63,825 nucleotides of DNA, filler included, from 4 parts of 4 records of this genome joined end to end with filler, not necessarily neighbours in it; one strand, 5' to 3'; positions 20,200 to 29,947 are shown, counted from the whole stretch's first letter. Numbers and translations are program-made. The notes: a model not told the origin generated them from the sequence alone.

Positions 20200-21342
20200 T
20201 CACCCGAGAAATTGCGCAAGGGCAACGCCGGCAAAATTCGCGACCGCATAGCCCAGCACGCCGAGCATGACGCCGGGCGTGACCAGCGCGCGCCAGCGCC
20301 GCCCCGCTGCCATGGCCGCTGCCGTCGCGGGACCGACGGCAACCGCGTTCGAGATGACGAGGGCTTCCGCGAGGTCGATGCGGAAGAGCTTTGCGCCCGC
20401 CAGCACGAAGGCGAGATGCACGCTCGCCATAACGAACACGAAGAAGAAGATCGGCAGCGCCGTTTCGACCATGAGCACGACGTCGGCCGCCGCGCCGATG
20501 ACGCCAAAAAACACATACATGAAGAACATGCCGAGGTCGAAGCCGCCATGCAGCCGCTCCATCCGGCGCGGGAAAAGATTGGCCACGAGAAGCGCCGCAA
20601 TGGTGACGAAGAGGACGCCGTATTTCGGAATGCCGAGCAGTGCCGCCACTTCGAAGCCAATGAAGCAGCAGGCGGCGGACAGAAAAAGCAGCAGCGTCAG
20701 CGCGCCCATGTCGAGCGGGTGCTTTTCCTCTTCCGCCTCATGCGCGTGTTCGTCGGCTTCCGCCTCGATGATCTTCGAGGGGATGAAGCGGAGAAGGAGT
20801 TTCCATCCCGGCAGGATGAGCAGCAGCGCAATGAAGAACGTCGCCATGACATTGTCTGCGGCGGCGGTCGCAGCCGTCAGCGCGCCGTTCTCGCTGAGGC
20901 CGGTCGCTTGCGAAACGGCGGCGAAGTTCATCGACCCGCCGATCCAGCTTGCGCCAAGCGCGCCCGCGACGAGGTGCCCGTCAGGCCCCATGTCGATCAG
21001 CGCGAACCCAACCAGCACACCGGCGATGGTGCCGATGACCGCGATGATGAACGCGGCCAGCATCATCCCGCTTTCAGGCAGGATCTTCTTCAGGTCCGCC
21101 TTGAAGAGCAGCAGCGGAATGGCAAGCGGCACCGCATAGCCCCACACCATGTCGTGAAAATCGGACGCAAACGGCACGACCCGCAGATTGGCGAGCAGCG
21201 TGCCCGCGAGAATGGTGAGGATGACGCCCGATATCCATTGGCCGAGCCGCGTCCGCTCCGACCAGAAGCCGAAGGCCGCGAGGCCGAGAAAGGCGAACAG
21301 AAGCCCGAATGTATTGTCGGGCGAAATCAGCGGCAGGGTCAT
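20200..21342 (-). CDS. DUF819-family membrane protein
   Basis: PLAIPLLLF.ADL, SWIGGSMNF, SNAVAVGP; ~11 TM helices. Confidence 0.8.
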   Translation of the reverse strand: MTLPLISPDNTFGLLFAFLGLAAFGFWSERTRLGQWISGVILTILAGTLLANLRVVPFASDFHDMVWGYAVPLAIPLLLFKADLKKILPESGMMLAAFIIAVIGTIAGVLVGFALIDMGPDGHLVAGALGASWIGGSMNFAAVSQATGLSENGALTAATAAADNVMATFFIALLLILPGWKLLLRFIPSKIIEAEADEHAHEAEEEKHPLDMGALTLLLFLSAACCFIGFEVAALLGIPKYGVLFVTIAALLVANLFPRRMERLHGGFDLGMFFMYVFFGVIGAAADVVLMVETALPIFFFVFVMASVHLAFVLAGAKLFRIDLAEALVISNAVAVGPATAAAMAAGRRWRALVTPGVMLGVLGYAVANFAGVALAQFLG

Positions 21343-21437
21343 GGAATTTTCTTCTTCTGCTTTGGATTCGGACGTTCCGCCCATCATGCGAAGCGGCGCC
21401 GCAAAGACAAGGCCAATCGCGTTATGGAACGGAGCCG

Positions 21438-21462
21438 GGAACGCCGCGCGCACCTGCGCGTT
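21438..21462 (+). promoter_or_regulatory. Putative EcfG general-stress promoter
   Basis: Exact GGAAC-N16-CGTT ending 44 nt upstream of the ATG at 21507. Confidence 0.7.
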
Positions 21463-21506
21463 TTCTCCCCATACTCACACCAATCCGAGACCGAAGGAGG
21501 AATGTC

Positions 21507-21746
21507 ATGGGCAATCCGGACCAGAAGCAGGAACAGAAAAATGAAGGCGAGGGCAACCGCACGGCCGCGCGCGCCTACAACAAGGACCAGCAGGAATTCG
21601 TGAAGGAAGGCCGCGTGGAAGAGGCCGCGAAAGCCGCGCGAGAGGCTCTCGAAGGCGACCATGCCGATCTCGACAAGGCCGAGCAGGAAGGCAAGTCGCA
21701 CATCGCCGGCCACGACCCCGAAGCGCGCGACGGCAAGAAGCCCTAG
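21507..21746 (+). CDS. Small hydrophilic protein, probable general stress protein
   Basis: AAGGAGG RBS; 79 aa, highly charged, NEGEGNRTAARAYN. Confidence 0.75.
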   Translation: MGNPDQKQEQKNEGEGNRTAARAYNKDQQEFVKEGRVEEAAKAAREALEGDHADLDKAEQEGKSHIAGHDPEARDGKKP

Positions 21747-21760
21747 ACGCCGACGTAAGG

Positions 21761-22828
21761 CTACATCGCGAAATTGACGGAGATCGAGCCGAACTGATCG
21801 GGCTTCGGCTGACCGTCATATTCGCGGCTGCGGAAGACATGCGTGAAGGACACGCGCGCATTCCAGAGCACAGCGACGGCGCCGAGCTTCGCGTCGTAAA
21901 CGAAGCTTCGCTTGTCGATGCTCGCGCTGTCGCGGAACGTGTTGCCGTCGAGGAAGATGTCGCGCCCGACCGCGCGTCCCTCGACGCCGGCGAATAGATA
22001 GCAGTTACAGCCATCCGCTGACGGCTCGAACCATTCCGAGCCGCCCACGCCCGGGTAGATGCGTGTTGGCCCGAAATCGTCCGGCAGCGAGAAGCCGAGC
22101 CGGAAGGTGCCGCCGAGCCCCGCATAGGTCTGCACATTGCCAAGCGAGAGGATCGTGTAGGGAATGAAATCCGTCTGCAGGCCGAGCAGCGGCGGCGTCT
22201 CGAAGGTCGAGCTGCGCCACGCCCGCTCGAAACTCAGATTGGCGCCGAACTCATTCTCGATCTGGTTGTCCCAGCCGTTCGCGTCGTCCGCTCCGATGAG
22301 GCCGTGCCATTCGTTCTGCACGAACTCGCCCTGCGCGGCGGGGCCTACAACGCCGAGATCGAGCTTCCACTGATCCTGCCACGCCTCGCCCGTGATTGTG
22401 CTGGAGCGCACGCTCTGCAGCGAAAATGTCATGTGCAGCCAGGCGGCATAGGGCCGGTCGTTCGGCTGATAGAGTGTGGTGTCGGTGTCTTCCGGCGTGA
22501 AGATCGCATGGCCAAGCGCAACGCCGATGCGGTGGCTCTTCTTGTCGAAATTTCCGGTCGGGAAAAGCAGCGAATAAACCGGCGGCGAGGAGATATCCGT
22601 CAGCCATTCCGGCAGGCCCGTCTGCGGCCGCGAGAGCCACGCGATCTGCAGCCCGTTCGTGTAGTGACGGTCGGTATTGGTGACGTTCGCAAAGAGATCG
22701 TTCTCGACCTGGAAGGTCAGGAACTCGCGGTCGCCGCCTGCGTCGCCCTGCGCCGCAGCCGAACCGGCATACAAACACCCGGCCAGAAGACTGGACAGGA
22801 CAGCCGTCCCGGCTCTGAAAACGCTCAT
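21761..22828 (-). CDS. lpxR: Lipid A 3-O-deacylase LpxR family outer-membrane protein (DUF2219)
   Basis: Signal peptide, ENDLF, DRHYTNG, DRPYAAW, QNEWH, FLDGN; beta-barrel C-terminus. Confidence 0.8.
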   Translation of the reverse strand: MSVFRAGTAVLSSLLAGCLYAGSAAAQGDAGGDREFLTFQVENDLFANVTNTDRHYTNGLQIAWLSRPQTGLPEWLTDISSPPVYSLLFPTGNFDKKSHRIGVALGHAIFTPEDTDTTLYQPNDRPYAAWLHMTFSLQSVRSSTITGEAWQDQWKLDLGVVGPAAQGEFVQNEWHGLIGADDANGWDNQIENEFGANLSFERAWRSSTFETPPLLGLQTDFIPYTILSLGNVQTYAGLGGTFRLGFSLPDDFGPTRIYPGVGGSEWFEPSADGCNCYLFAGVEGRAVGRDIFLDGNTFRDSASIDKRSFVYDAKLGAVAVLWNARVSFTHVFRSREYDGQPKPDQFGSISVNFAM

Positions 22829-22975
22829 AGGCTGGAAATCCCTCAGAAACACGGACAGTTGCTACGCGAACCAGCTTGACGCTGGGGAGCCCTCGCCTGT
22901 CCAATACAGGAAACATAGTGCGAAACAAACAAGGCGCCAGCAAGGCGTCGCAAAAAGATCAGGCGGGAGGAAACG

Positions 22976-24556
22976 ATGTCGGTTGCGGAAGCGTCGCAAG
23001 GGTGGAGCCGTGAAGAAGCGGCTGCCGCGGGAATGGTTTTGGCGTGGCACGCGGCGCAGGCGCCCGCGCGCCCCGCCATCGTCTCGGAGCATGGCAACCG
23101 CAGCTTCGCGGAACTCAACGCGCGGGCAAACCAGCTCGTGCGCGCGCTCAGGCGGATGGGCTTGAAGGTTGGCGACGCCGTCGCGCTCATGTGTTCCAAC
23201 CGCCCCGAATTCGCGGAAACGATTGCGGCCTGCGCGCGCGGCGGCTTTCGCATGACGCCGATCAACTGGCACCTGAAGGGAGCCGAGATCGGCTACATCG
23301 TCGAGAATTGCGAGGCAAAGGCCTTCATCGCGGATGCTCGCTTTCGCGCCAGCGCCGTCGAGGCGGCGGCGATGGCGCCGGGGCTCGTCGCAAAGCTCGC
23401 GGTCGGCGGCCCGGTCGATGGCTTCTCCGCCTACGACGAAGCGGTCGACGCCGAAGACGGCGAAGATCTGAGCGATCCCGTGCTCGGCTCGCAGATGATG
23501 TACACGTCCGGCACCACCGGGCACCCGAAAGGCGTCTACCGCAAGCAGGCCGCGCCCGTGACGCCCTTGCTCGCGAAGCTCACCGAGACAGCCGCCTTCC
23601 GAGAAGGCGATCTCGCGCTCGTCACCGGCCCGCTCTATCACGCGGCGCCGCTCGCGCTGAACATGTCCTTCCCGCTCAATGCAGGCGTCGGCTGCGTACT
23701 GATGGACAAGTGGGACGCGGAGGACACGCTCCGCCTCGTCGCCGAGCATCGCATCACGCACACCCATGTCGTGCCGACCATGCTGCACCGGATGCTGCAA
23801 TTGCCGGAGGAGGCAAAAGCGAAATACGACACTTCCAGCTTGCGCTGGATTCTCCACGGCGCCGCGCCTTGCCCCGTCCACGTCAAGGAAGGCGCCATCG
23901 CCTGGTTCGGTCCCGTCGTCTTCGAATATTACGCCGCGACGGAAGGCGGTGGCATCTTCATCGACAGCCACGAGTTTCCCGCAAAGAAAGGCAGCGTCGG
24001 CAAACCGCTGCCGGGCGTCATCGTCGAAGTCCATGACGAAGACGGCAAACCCCTCGGCGCAAACGGCGTCGGCACGGTCTATTTCAAGGCGCCGGAGCAG
24101 GGCCGTTTCGAATATTACAAGGCGCCCGAAAAAACCGAAGGCGCCTATCGCGGCGACTTCTACACCATGGGCGACATGGGCTACATCGACGAGGACGGTT
24201 TCCTGTTCCTCACCGGCCGCAGTGCCGAAGTCATCATCTCCGGCGGCGTGAACATCTACCCGGCCGAAATCGATCAGGAAGTATTGAAACATCCTGCCGT
24301 CGCCGATGCCGCCGCCGTCGGCGTGCCGAACGAGGAATGGGGCGAGGAAGTGAAGCTCGTCGTGGAGTTAAACGAAGGCTACAGGCCGGACAGTGACATG
24401 GCGAAAGAACTGCTCGCCTTCGCCGCCGAAAACCTCCCCGGCTACCAGCGCCCGCGCTCCGTCGACTTCGTCGCCGAACTCCCGCGCATGCCATCCGGCA
24501 AAGTTCTCCGCCGTACCATCCGCGACGCCTACTGGCAGGGCGACAAGAAAATCTGA
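22976..24556 (+). CDS. AMP-binding acyl-CoA synthetase
   Basis: YTSGTTGHPKG, YYAATE, MGD, SGGVNIYP, SGKV. Confidence 0.92.
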   Translation: MSVAEASQGWSREEAAAAGMVLAWHAAQAPARPAIVSEHGNRSFAELNARANQLVRALRRMGLKVGDAVALMCSNRPEFAETIAACARGGFRMTPINWHLKGAEIGYIVENCEAKAFIADARFRASAVEAAAMAPGLVAKLAVGGPVDGFSAYDEAVDAEDGEDLSDPVLGSQMMYTSGTTGHPKGVYRKQAAPVTPLLAKLTETAAFREGDLALVTGPLYHAAPLALNMSFPLNAGVGCVLMDKWDAEDTLRLVAEHRITHTHVVPTMLHRMLQLPEEAKAKYDTSSLRWILHGAAPCPVHVKEGAIAWFGPVVFEYYAATEGGGIFIDSHEFPAKKGSVGKPLPGVIVEVHDEDGKPLGANGVGTVYFKAPEQGRFEYYKAPEKTEGAYRGDFYTMGDMGYIDEDGFLFLTGRSAEVIISGGVNIYPAEIDQEVLKHPAVADAAAVGVPNEEWGEEVKLVVELNEGYRPDSDMAKELLAFAAENLPGYQRPRSVDFVAELPRMPSGKVLRRTIRDAYWQGDKKI

Positions 24557-24577
24557 CATCCGCAAATCGTCAAAAGG

Positions 24578-24608
24578 GAAAGGGCCGCTTTAATCGAGCG
24601 GCCCTTTC
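24578..24608. terminator. Hairpin after the acyl-CoA synthetase
   Basis: 12-bp inverted repeat GAAAGGGCCGCT / AGCGGCCCTTTC. Confidence 0.55.
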
Positions 24609-24654
24609 GCCTATATGGAGCGCAGCGGAAGAGGGATCGCAAGAAAGACGTAAA

Positions 24655-25848
24655 ATGAATGCATCTCCTTCCCTGCGCCCCCGCATCCGCTTTGTCGTCA
24701 TTCTCGGCGCGCTGATCGCCTTCGCGCCGCTCTCGATCGACATGTACCTCCCGGCCTTCCCGGCCATCGCCGCTCATTTGAACACGAGCGCGGGCGCGGT
24801 GCAGACGACGCTCGCCGTCTTCTTCGTCGGCCTTGCGCTGGGGCAGGGCATCCTCGGCCCCATCATGGACCGCATGGGCCGCCTCCCGCCCTTGCTCGCC
24901 GGTATCGCGGTCTATGTCGCCGCGTCCCTCTGGGCGTCCTTCGCCACGGATATTGAAAGCCTCACGGTGGCGCGCCTGTTTCAGGCGCTGGGCGGCTGCG
25001 CGGGCATTGTCGCCTCCCGCGCCATGGTGCGCGATCTGTTCGACGAGCGCGCAACCGCGCAGGTCTATTCGATGTTGATGCTGGTCATGGGCCTCGCGCC
25101 CATCCTCGCGCCGGTGATCGGCGGCTTTATCGTCGCCTGGTACGACTGGCAGGTGATTTTCTGGGTGCTCGCAGGCTTCGGCCTCGCTTGCGTGCCTGCT
25201 GTGTTTTTCGGCCTCGGCGAAACCCTGCCGCCGGAAAAGCGCGAGAGCGGCGGCGGCCTCGCGCGCGTCGCGGGCGCCTATTTCTCGCTCTGCACCGACA
25301 GGCCCTTCATGGCCTTCGCGCTTTCCAACGCGCTCGTCTCCTGCGCCATGTTCGCCTACATCACGGGCTCGCCCTTCGTCTTCATCGAACGCCACGGCCT
25401 CTCGCCGGAAAATTACGCGCTCCTCTTCGGCGTGAACGCCACGGGCCTCATCCTCGCCTCGCAGGTCAATGCGTTCCTGCTGCGCACCCGGTCGAGCCGC
25501 GCGGTCCTGCTCGTTGCCATGAGGGTGCATCTCGCTGCCGCGCTTGCGCTTCTCGCCTTCACGGTCTTTGCGCCGGACGCTTTCTATCCGCTTGTCGCCT
25601 GCATCTTCATCGTCGTCGGCTCCTACGGGTTCGTCGGCGCAAACGCGACCGCCGCAGCCATGGCGCAGGTAAACGAGAATGTAGGTTCCGCTTCCGCTCT
25701 CACAGGCATCCTCCAGTTCGCCTTTGCCGCCCTCGTCGGCGCGCTTGTCGGCGCCTTTAACGACGGCAGCGCACTCCCCATGGCCATCGTCATCGCCGTG
25801 GGCAGCCTCGCGGGCAATCTCGCCCGGCTCGGCGCGCGCGGCGCATAA
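24655..25848 (+). CDS. Bcr/CflA-family MFS efflux transporter
   Basis: PLSIDMYLPAFP, GP.MDRMGR, RAMVRDLF; 12 TM helices. Confidence 0.92.
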   Translation: MNASPSLRPRIRFVVILGALIAFAPLSIDMYLPAFPAIAAHLNTSAGAVQTTLAVFFVGLALGQGILGPIMDRMGRLPPLLAGIAVYVAASLWASFATDIESLTVARLFQALGGCAGIVASRAMVRDLFDERATAQVYSMLMLVMGLAPILAPVIGGFIVAWYDWQVIFWVLAGFGLACVPAVFFGLGETLPPEKRESGGGLARVAGAYFSLCTDRPFMAFALSNALVSCAMFAYITGSPFVFIERHGLSPENYALLFGVNATGLILASQVNAFLLRTRSSRAVLLVAMRVHLAAALALLAFTVFAPDAFYPLVACIFIVVGSYGFVGANATAAAMAQVNENVGSASALTGILQFAFAALVGALVGAFNDGSALPMAIVIAVGSLAGNLARLGARGA

Positions 25849-25858
25849 AGCAGCAGTC

Positions 25859-25923
25859 AAAAAAGCAGCCAGAAAAGCAGCCAAAAAAGCAGAAGGGCCA
25901 CGCCCTTTCGGGAATGGCCCTTC
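25859..25923. repeat. 12-bp tandem repeat (about 3 units) followed by a hairpin between convergent genes
   Basis: AAAAAAGCAGCC AGAAAAGCAGCC AAAAAAGCAGAA, then GAAGGGCCA...TGGCCCTTC. Confidence 0.6.
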
Positions 25924-25972
25924 GCTCCTATCCGCGCCTGTTTTTGTTTTTGGACGCCGATTGCTGTGTCTG

Positions 25973-26764
25973 TTATCCGAGCTTCGAAATCGCCTTCGCC
26001 ACATGCTCCGGCTTTTCAAGCGTCATCAGATGCCCCGCTTCCGGGATCGAGACGAGTTCCGCGCCGCCGATCGCCTTCTTCCACGCATGCGCATAGGCCG
26101 GCACGACCAGCTTGTCGCCGTCGCCCCAGACGAGAACCGTCTTCGCCTTCACGCGGTAAAGCCGCTGCGAAAGCCCGCGATCCGGCACCGGGAAGAGGAT
26201 CTTCCCCGCCATGCCCATCTGCCGCGCATTCTGCACGAGGAAGCCCTTCAGCCATTCCGGGTCGTCAAGCGCGACGCCCGCCGTCATCAGCGCGGTCCCC
26301 GCTTCCACGTCATGGAACAGCACCGCCGGAAGCTCGTAGGGCAGCATCGCGAAAATATCGGGGATCGGATGATCGTCGAGCCACAGTCCCGCCGGGCAGA
26401 TAAGCCCGAGACGGCTCACATCGTTCGGCGCGACGGCGGCCATTTCCGCCGCGATCATGCCGCCCATCGAATGGCCGATAAGGATCGGGTCTTTCAGCCC
26501 GAGCGCCGCCACCGCGTCCCATGTGTGGAGCGTGATATCGAGCATCTCGCGCAGCTCGCCGCATTCCTCCGAGTCGCCATAGCCCGGCAGCAGCGGCGCG
26601 TAGACGTGATACTTCTTCGCCAGTTCCGCGAGGAACGGGTCTTCCGCCGTGATGCCGCCCGCGCCATGCAGGAAGACGAGGGGTTCGCCCCCCTTTCCAG
26701 AAGAGGGGCCGCCCTCGAAATAGCGGACGGGAACATGATGGGTCTTGACCGTTTTCAGTTCCAT
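25973..26764 (-). CDS. Alpha/beta-fold hydrolase
   Basis: FLHGAGG, GHSMGG nucleophile elbow, C-terminal AGH; TGATG overlap with the LLM gene. Confidence 0.9.
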   Translation of the reverse strand: MELKTVKTHHVPVRYFEGGPSSGKGGEPLVFLHGAGGITAEDPFLAELAKKYHVYAPLLPGYGDSEECGELREMLDITLHTWDAVAALGLKDPILIGHSMGGMIAAEMAAVAPNDVSRLGLICPAGLWLDDHPIPDIFAMLPYELPAVLFHDVEAGTALMTAGVALDDPEWLKGFLVQNARQMGMAGKILFPVPDRGLSQRLYRVKAKTVLVWGDGDKLVVPAYAHAWKKAIGGAELVSIPEAGHLMTLEKPEHVAKAISKLG

Positions 26765-28029
26765 CAGTCCTTCCCTCCCACAAGCGCGGCGACTTCTTTT
26801 TCGGCCGGCAGGCTGCCCGGCGTCGCCCGTTTCGCAAGCGGCTTGCACCAGAAGCGGTTGTCGTCCTTGTAGTCGGGGAACATGTCACGCAAATGCGGCA
26901 TGACCTTCTCGGCGAAGAGCTTCGTCGAGTGCATGCACTTGTCCATCGGCATGTTGCCGACATGCATGAGGCAGAAGATGTTGCCGACATTGAGCCCCGT
27001 GATGAGATCTTCCATGCGCTGACGCACGGTCTCGGGGCTGCCCGCAATCACATGGCCCTGCTCGATCAGGTCCTTCCAGGTGAGTTCCGAATAGCCGCCG
27101 ATGGGCGGCGCATATTGCGACAGCGCCCCCGTCTGGATCGTCTTGATCGTGCGATAGCCCGGCGCGTCGGCGAAGCCGCCATAGACATGCAGGCAGCGAT
27201 TGTAGAAATAGCTGACATGCTCCGAGTAAAGACGTTCGGCTTCTTCGTCCGTGTCGGCGACGCAGATCGTCTGCGCGAAGCCCGCGCGATAGGGGCTCTC
27301 GTCCGGCGCGTTCCTCTGCGCCACCCGGTCCCAATAGCCCTGCATCAGCGCCTTCGCCCGGATGTAGCCGGAGAAGGAGAGGTAGGAATAGGAGTAGGTG
27401 TTGTCGATGCAGAAATCGTAGGTCTCGACCGAGCCGCCGCCCGGAATATGGATCGGCGGCGGGTCCTGAATCGGCCTCGGCCAGATGTTGACATGGCGCA
27501 GCTTGTTGTAGCGCCCGTTCCACGCGAACGGATCGGGGTCCGACCAGGCGCGGCGGATCAAATCATGCGCTTCCTGATATTTCTCGCGCGTCAGCGCCGG
27601 AATTTGCCCATAGCAGTAATTCGTGTCCATCGACGTGCCGACCGGAAAACCGGCCACAAGCCGTCCGCCCGAGATGCAGTCGAGCATCGCGAACTCTTCC
27701 GCCACGCGCGTCGGCGGGTTGTAAAGCGCGATCGAATTGCCGAGCACGACAAGGCCGACATCCGATGTGCGCCGCGCAAGCCCCGCCGCGATGATGTTCG
27801 GCGAGGGCATGATGCCGTAGCCGTTCTGGTGATGCTCGTTGACGCCGATGCCGTCGAAACCCATCGTCCCGGCATATTCGAGCATGTCCATGTAGGAATT
27901 GTAGACCTCGTTCGCCTTGGCGGGGTCGAACAGGCGCGAGTCGATATCGACCCAGACCGAGCGGTGCTTCTCCCGGAAATCGTCCGGCAGATAGGGCCAC
28001 GGCATCAGGTTGAACCACGTGAATTTCAT
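26764..28029 (-). CDS. LLM-class (luciferase-like) flavin-dependent oxidoreductase
   Basis: NEHHQ, PSP, RVAEEFAMLD.ISGGR, WPRP.Q.PPP. Confidence 0.9.
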   Translation of the reverse strand: MKFTWFNLMPWPYLPDDFREKHRSVWVDIDSRLFDPAKANEVYNSYMDMLEYAGTMGFDGIGVNEHHQNGYGIMPSPNIIAAGLARRTSDVGLVVLGNSIALYNPPTRVAEEFAMLDCISGGRLVAGFPVGTSMDTNYCYGQIPALTREKYQEAHDLIRRAWSDPDPFAWNGRYNKLRHVNIWPRPIQDPPPIHIPGGGSVETYDFCIDNTYSYSYLSFSGYIRAKALMQGYWDRVAQRNAPDESPYRAGFAQTICVADTDEEAERLYSEHVSYFYNRCLHVYGGFADAPGYRTIKTIQTGALSQYAPPIGGYSELTWKDLIEQGHVIAGSPETVRQRMEDLITGLNVGNIFCLMHVGNMPMDKCMHSTKLFAEKVMPHLRDMFPDYKDDNRFWCKPLAKRATPGSLPAEKEVAALVGGKD

Positions 28030-28239
28030 TTTCGCTTCCTCCCGGTGGGGCTTTTTTCTCCGCGCGGCTCCCCGCCACGCATCCTCCCTCGTCCCGATTT
28101 AGGGTATCCACCCTAGGCGCTGAGTCTATTCAGTTTGCGATCCTCGCGCAAACGTTACGTTGCGCCCCTACGCGTTTCGCCCGGACGCACCGGCTGGGGT
28201 GCTATGGTTTCGCCGCACGGAGCAAGGGAGGCAGAAATC

Positions 28240-29184
28240 ATGCGCTTCAAGAAACTGGGAAATTCCGGCCTCAAGGTCTCGGTGGTTGGTCTCGGCTGCA
28301 ATAATTTCGGCATGAAGATCGACCAGAAGGAAACGGATACCGTCGTCGCGAAGGCGCTCGACGAGGGCATCACGCTCTTCGACACCGCAGACGTTTACGG
28401 CAACAAGGGCGGCTCCGAGACGATGCTCGGCAAGGCGCTAGGGCCGCGCCGCAAGGACAGCGTTCTGGCGACGAAGTTCGGCCTGCCGATGGGCGAAGGC
28501 GAATACATGAAAGGCGGTTCGCGTCGCTATGTCGTGAGCGCGGTGGAGGCGAGCCTGAAACGTCTCGGCACCGACTACATCGACCTCTACCAGCTGCACT
28601 TCCCCGATCCCGCCACGCCGATAGAAGAAACCATGGCCGCGCTGGATGATCTCGTCCGCGCGGGCAAGGTGCGCTACATCGGCTCGTCCAATCTCGCTGG
28701 CTGGCAGTTCACGGAAGCCGCCTTCATCGCGAAGGAAAACCGCCTCACACCGTTTGTCAGCGCGCAAAACCACTACAATCTGCTCGACCGCAAGATCGAG
28801 CATGAGCTTGTCCCCGCCGTGAAGAAATATGGCGGCAGCATCCTCCCCTATTTTCCGCTCGCAAGCGGCATGCTCACCGGCAAGTACGAGCGCGGCAAAC
28901 CCGTGCCGAATGACAGCCGCCTCGCGATGTGGGGCGAGCGCGGCAATGCGCTCATGAGCGAAGAGAATTTCGATCTCGTGGAAAAGGTCACCGCCTTCGC
29001 GAAAGAGCGCGGCAAGTCGACGCTCGACGCCGCCATCGGCTGGCTCGCTTCCCAGCACCATGTCGCAAGCGTCATCGCGGGCGCAACGAAGCCGGAGCAG
29101 GTCGAGGCCAATGTGCAGGCAGGCGCATGGGAAATGAACGCGGAAGAACTCGACGAAATGAACCGCCTCACGTTCCGCTTCTGA
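28240..29184 (+). CDS. Aldo/keto reductase
   Basis: GLGCNNFG, DTADVYG, LATKFG, DLYQLH. Confidence 0.92.
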   Translation: MRFKKLGNSGLKVSVVGLGCNNFGMKIDQKETDTVVAKALDEGITLFDTADVYGNKGGSETMLGKALGPRRKDSVLATKFGLPMGEGEYMKGGSRRYVVSAVEASLKRLGTDYIDLYQLHFPDPATPIEETMAALDDLVRAGKVRYIGSSNLAGWQFTEAAFIAKENRLTPFVSAQNHYNLLDRKIEHELVPAVKKYGGSILPYFPLASGMLTGKYERGKPVPNDSRLAMWGERGNALMSEENFDLVEKVTAFAKERGKSTLDAAIGWLASQHHVASVIAGATKPEQVEANVQAGAWEMNAEELDEMNRLTFRF

Positions 29185-29249
29185 ACCGGGTTGCCTCCGC
29201 GAGGCACGGATGTTCTGTTCGGGGCACGGGCGAATAACAGGAGGAAACC

Positions 29250-29651
29250 ATGCGCAATCCATTTACGGCGGCCGCGTTCGGCGCGGCTCTCGCTCTCTCC
29301 CTCGCCATGCCGGCCTCGGCGGCCGATCCGCAGCCCTCGAAGGAAGTCGCCGCGGCGGCCCAGCATGCGGGCTTCGCGGCGGGCTCATCCGACCTCGCGG
29401 GCGTCCACACCCATCTGCATCACGCTGTGAACTGTCTCGTCGGTCCGGAAGGCGAGGCCTTCGCGCCGAAGGAACTCAATCCCTGCAAGGCGCTTGGCAA
29501 CGGCGCGATCCCCGACACGATGGATACCGCCACGCGGGATACGCTGGAAGACGCCCTCGAAACCGCGCTTGCGGGCATCGCCGAGGAAGATCTCGGCAAG
29601 GCCAAGACCCACGCCATCGAGACGCAGGAAGCGCTCGACGCCCTGCAATAG
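29250..29651 (+). CDS. Secreted His/Cys-containing hypothetical protein
   Basis: AGGAGG RBS, Sec signal ending ASA, HTHLHHAVNC...NPC. Confidence 0.75.
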   Translation: MRNPFTAAAFGAALALSLAMPASAADPQPSKEVAAAAQHAGFAAGSSDLAGVHTHLHHAVNCLVGPEGEAFAPKELNPCKALGNGAIPDTMDTATRDTLEDALETALAGIAEEDLGKAKTHAIETQEALDALQ

Positions 29652-29746
29652 GAGACCGCTCGCCGCAACGCAGCAAAACCCGGATTTGGGCGCGCGCCCT
29701 GTTCGGCGCTAGGATGCCCTCAACAAGAAATTCAATTGTGGAGGGA

Positions 29747-29947
29747 ATGATGGCAGAGGTAGATCTCGTTATTCGCGGCGGCACGGTCGTGGACGGTTCG
29801 GGCAGCGCACCGGTGAAGGCCGATGTCGCAATCGACAAGGGCGTCATCGTCGCTGTCGGCAACGTCGCCGCGAAAGGCCGCGAGGAAGTCGACGCGGGCG
29901 GCCTCCTCGTCACGCCGGGCTGGGTCGACATCCACACGCATTACGAT
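29747..29947 (+). CDS. N-terminus of a second N-acyl-D-amino-acid deacylase-like amidohydrolase (cut by contig end)
   Basis: DLVIRGGTVVDG...PGWVDIHTHYD, paralogous to 7304-9055. Confidence 0.85.

Noticed and set aside
25859-25894. Possible CRISPR-like repeat
   Set aside because: 12-bp units with no spacers, and no cas genes in the window
25724-26872. ORF containing histone-like KAAVKKAARKAAKKA
   Set aside because: Only the translation of the intergenic 12-bp repeat; the ORF overlaps the MFS gene and is antisense to the hydrolase
26764-28029. Bioluminescence (luxA/luxB)
   Set aside because: A single LLM gene with no luxCDE
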